Source: Felis catus (taxonomy: Eukaryota). From it: a DNA stretch of 64,000 bases. The translations under genes and the position numbers were made by a program. This document shows positions 61,880-64,000 of this stretch, piece after piece (the first letter of the stretch is position 1; every line of letters begins with the position of its first letter). The notes under the pieces are model-generated. The model searched no databases. It was given only the letters and a program-made list of their open reading frames with translations, and was not told where the DNA came from. Location of the stretch: assembly GCF_018350175.1 (NCBI RefSeq), contig NC_058383.1, forward strand, positions 13,084,001 to 13,148,000, given 5' to 3'.

Positions 61880-64000
61880 AGGCTGCCCACATTTTGGCCT
61901 CTTTCCTCTGGCCTTCGTTCTGCTTCCTTCTGAGTGCCCATTCTCAGTGGGATCTTGGCACACTTGTCACCCAGGATTGCTTTTACTTAGAAAACATGAA
62001 CTTTAATGTCCTGTCCTTGCCATGGTTCAGCATTTCATACCTTGGTAAAGCTCTCTGGTACCTCCTTTCTCTGCCAACGGAAATAATTCTCTTCTCAGAA
62101 CTATTTTTGTATCTTAAAAATCTGTATACTTTGTGCTAGATTGTAGTAGTATGTTTCTAATTCCTTTACTATAAGGTAACCTTGTAGAAGTTATTTTGTC
62201 TCATTCTTAAAGGTTTCTATGGAGCCAGGTACTGTGTTTGGTATAAAGTAGGCACTGAGTAAGCAACTGTTGAACCAGCTAAAGGATGGTTAAGATAGTG
62301 GTTTGATTTCAGTTCTGTCTTGCTCACAGGGCTGTATTCAGATCTCCCACTGGCCTTGGTTTATTCATATCTAGTCTGATCTGGTTGAAGAAGGAATTGT
62401 TAGGGGGTGGTGTCATTTGTGCGGTCTTTGTCTCTTTTTCCGTATCCAGTATGCTATTAGTGATGACTTTTTGTCAAAATGCATTGCTTCTTTGTAAACT
62501 AGAGTTCAAACAAAATAATTTTAGACAATATCCTCAGAACATTTGGAAACATGACATTTCAGATCTATTTTCCCCTTTTCGTTACAAAAGTATATACAGC
62601 TATAATTACTAATTGCTGCACTCTAAGTAGAGACAGATGATACGTATGTTTGTGACAATTTTCCAGAGGGAGAGCTAAGTAACCAGGCTCATTTTTCCAT
62701 AATGTGAATGTTATTCACAAACTATTACCATAATTGATGCACCAAGCCACTGGAGGGTAAATAATGTGTTGTGTGTGGGAAGCAAGCTAGTAGTCAATGA
62801 ATATTAAAGAACAAAACCTCATTTTAAAAGAGAAACTGTAATTATAATCATTCTGAATTCGTACTGCAAAACCAGTTAAAATAACTTGGCTGCCATTTAT
62901 CTATGTAAGTGTGTAAAAAAGGAATAGGTATATGAGTAGAGTTGTACTGAAATGTGTGTGTACATACACACATTTTTGTAAAAAGACACATGTCAAACTT
63001 CAGAAGTAGTCATTTTTCAACGACCTTTGATGCAGAGATGTGAACATGAGCTGAGTTTATCAGTGAAATTTATATTGATGGGAAAGAGCACAATTTCAGT
63101 TTTATCTTTTGCTTTGCAGGTGTTTTATGTCTACCTGGAATGTCTTGTTTCTTTCCTTGACCAAATCAGCTTCTGTATTCTTTTCAAAGCTCCTTTTTCA
63201 TAGCAAATCTTTCTCATCCACCTTTAATCTCTCTCTTATTGCCTCCTAGATACTCATCAACTTCTGTGTGTGGTGTATTGATTTGCACTTGTGGGATTTG
63301 TTGGTTTGTAATAGGAGGTCATAAGTCACTTCCTATGTGTATCATTAGTCTCCCCAACCAGACGGCCAGGTCATTTCAGGGAGGGATGGCTCTGTTTCTG
63401 TCTGTGCATGTGCGAGTTGCTCCTTCTGTTCCTCACCGATCACCGTCAGTGCTCTCCGTGCCTGTGCTAACTCCCTAGGAGGTCTGTTGGTTGTCTCTTT
63501 TTGGCTGTCAAATGCTGCATTATTTGTGTAAAATCTTTGTTTTGTGCTTGCTTACCAGCATCTCTAAAAAATGGTCTACTGTAACTGGAAAGAATTAGGT
63601 CCTGTTGGTGTGGATGGATGAAGTGAGGGAGCACTTAATCAGGAATGTGGACTATTACTTACATGAAATATATAACCTCCCTAACTCTGTCAAGTTCTGA
63701 AATCCATGGGAGAGATGCTGCCTTTGTTTCTTGGTTTTTAATGTTTTTTGATCCATATGTTTTAGATGTAGATGAGGTGATTGGATCAAGCTTAGATACT
63801 TTTATATTTTAAAGTAAGTTATAGTATATCTATTCTTAGGAACCTTTTCGAAAGATCTCTTCAACATTGGTCCTGTTATTGGTTGCTCTCTCAGTATATT
63901 TTGATACTTTCCTTCAAATACATACCTGTTCCTTTTGTATGGGCTTCAGTTGTCTTTTCCTTATATAGCATTAAAAGTATGGACAGAACCTGAAACAATT

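Overview
Eukaryotic, not microbial: a 64-kb stretch of a carnivore genome, almost certainly felid, judged from 26 tRNA-derived CAN-SINEs including young SINEC_Fc-type copies. No host protein-coding exon, RNA gene or CRISPR array can be supported. The ORF track is explained by SINEs, simple repeats, L1 remnants or chance. The T-rich + strand and the antisense orientation of all long L1s suggest a large intron of a + strand gene (inference). Main content: an ancient L1M (17.2-29.1 kb) split by a 5'-complete carnivore L1 that carries a 3' transduction, further L1 fragments, an MLT1A-like solo LTR, DNA transposon fossils (Tigger2a, MER94, MER5, MER58A, MER113, Charlie4-like), MIR/L2 remnants and microsatellites. 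Most interesting: (1) a dense strand-specific T>C cluster (A>G on the L1 RNA strand, almost all with a 5' U or A neighbour) in an L1MA9-like copy at 44.77-44.94 kb, which looks like a fossil of ADAR-hyperedited L1 RNA; (2) a perfect 63-bp palindrome at 58258-58320; (3) the L1 3' transduction; (4) two young SINEs inserted head-to-head at one TTTT/AAAA site; (5) a ~55-bp target duplication. Repeat family names come from recalled consensus sequences and were aligned by eye, so they need RepeatMasker/Dfam confirmation.
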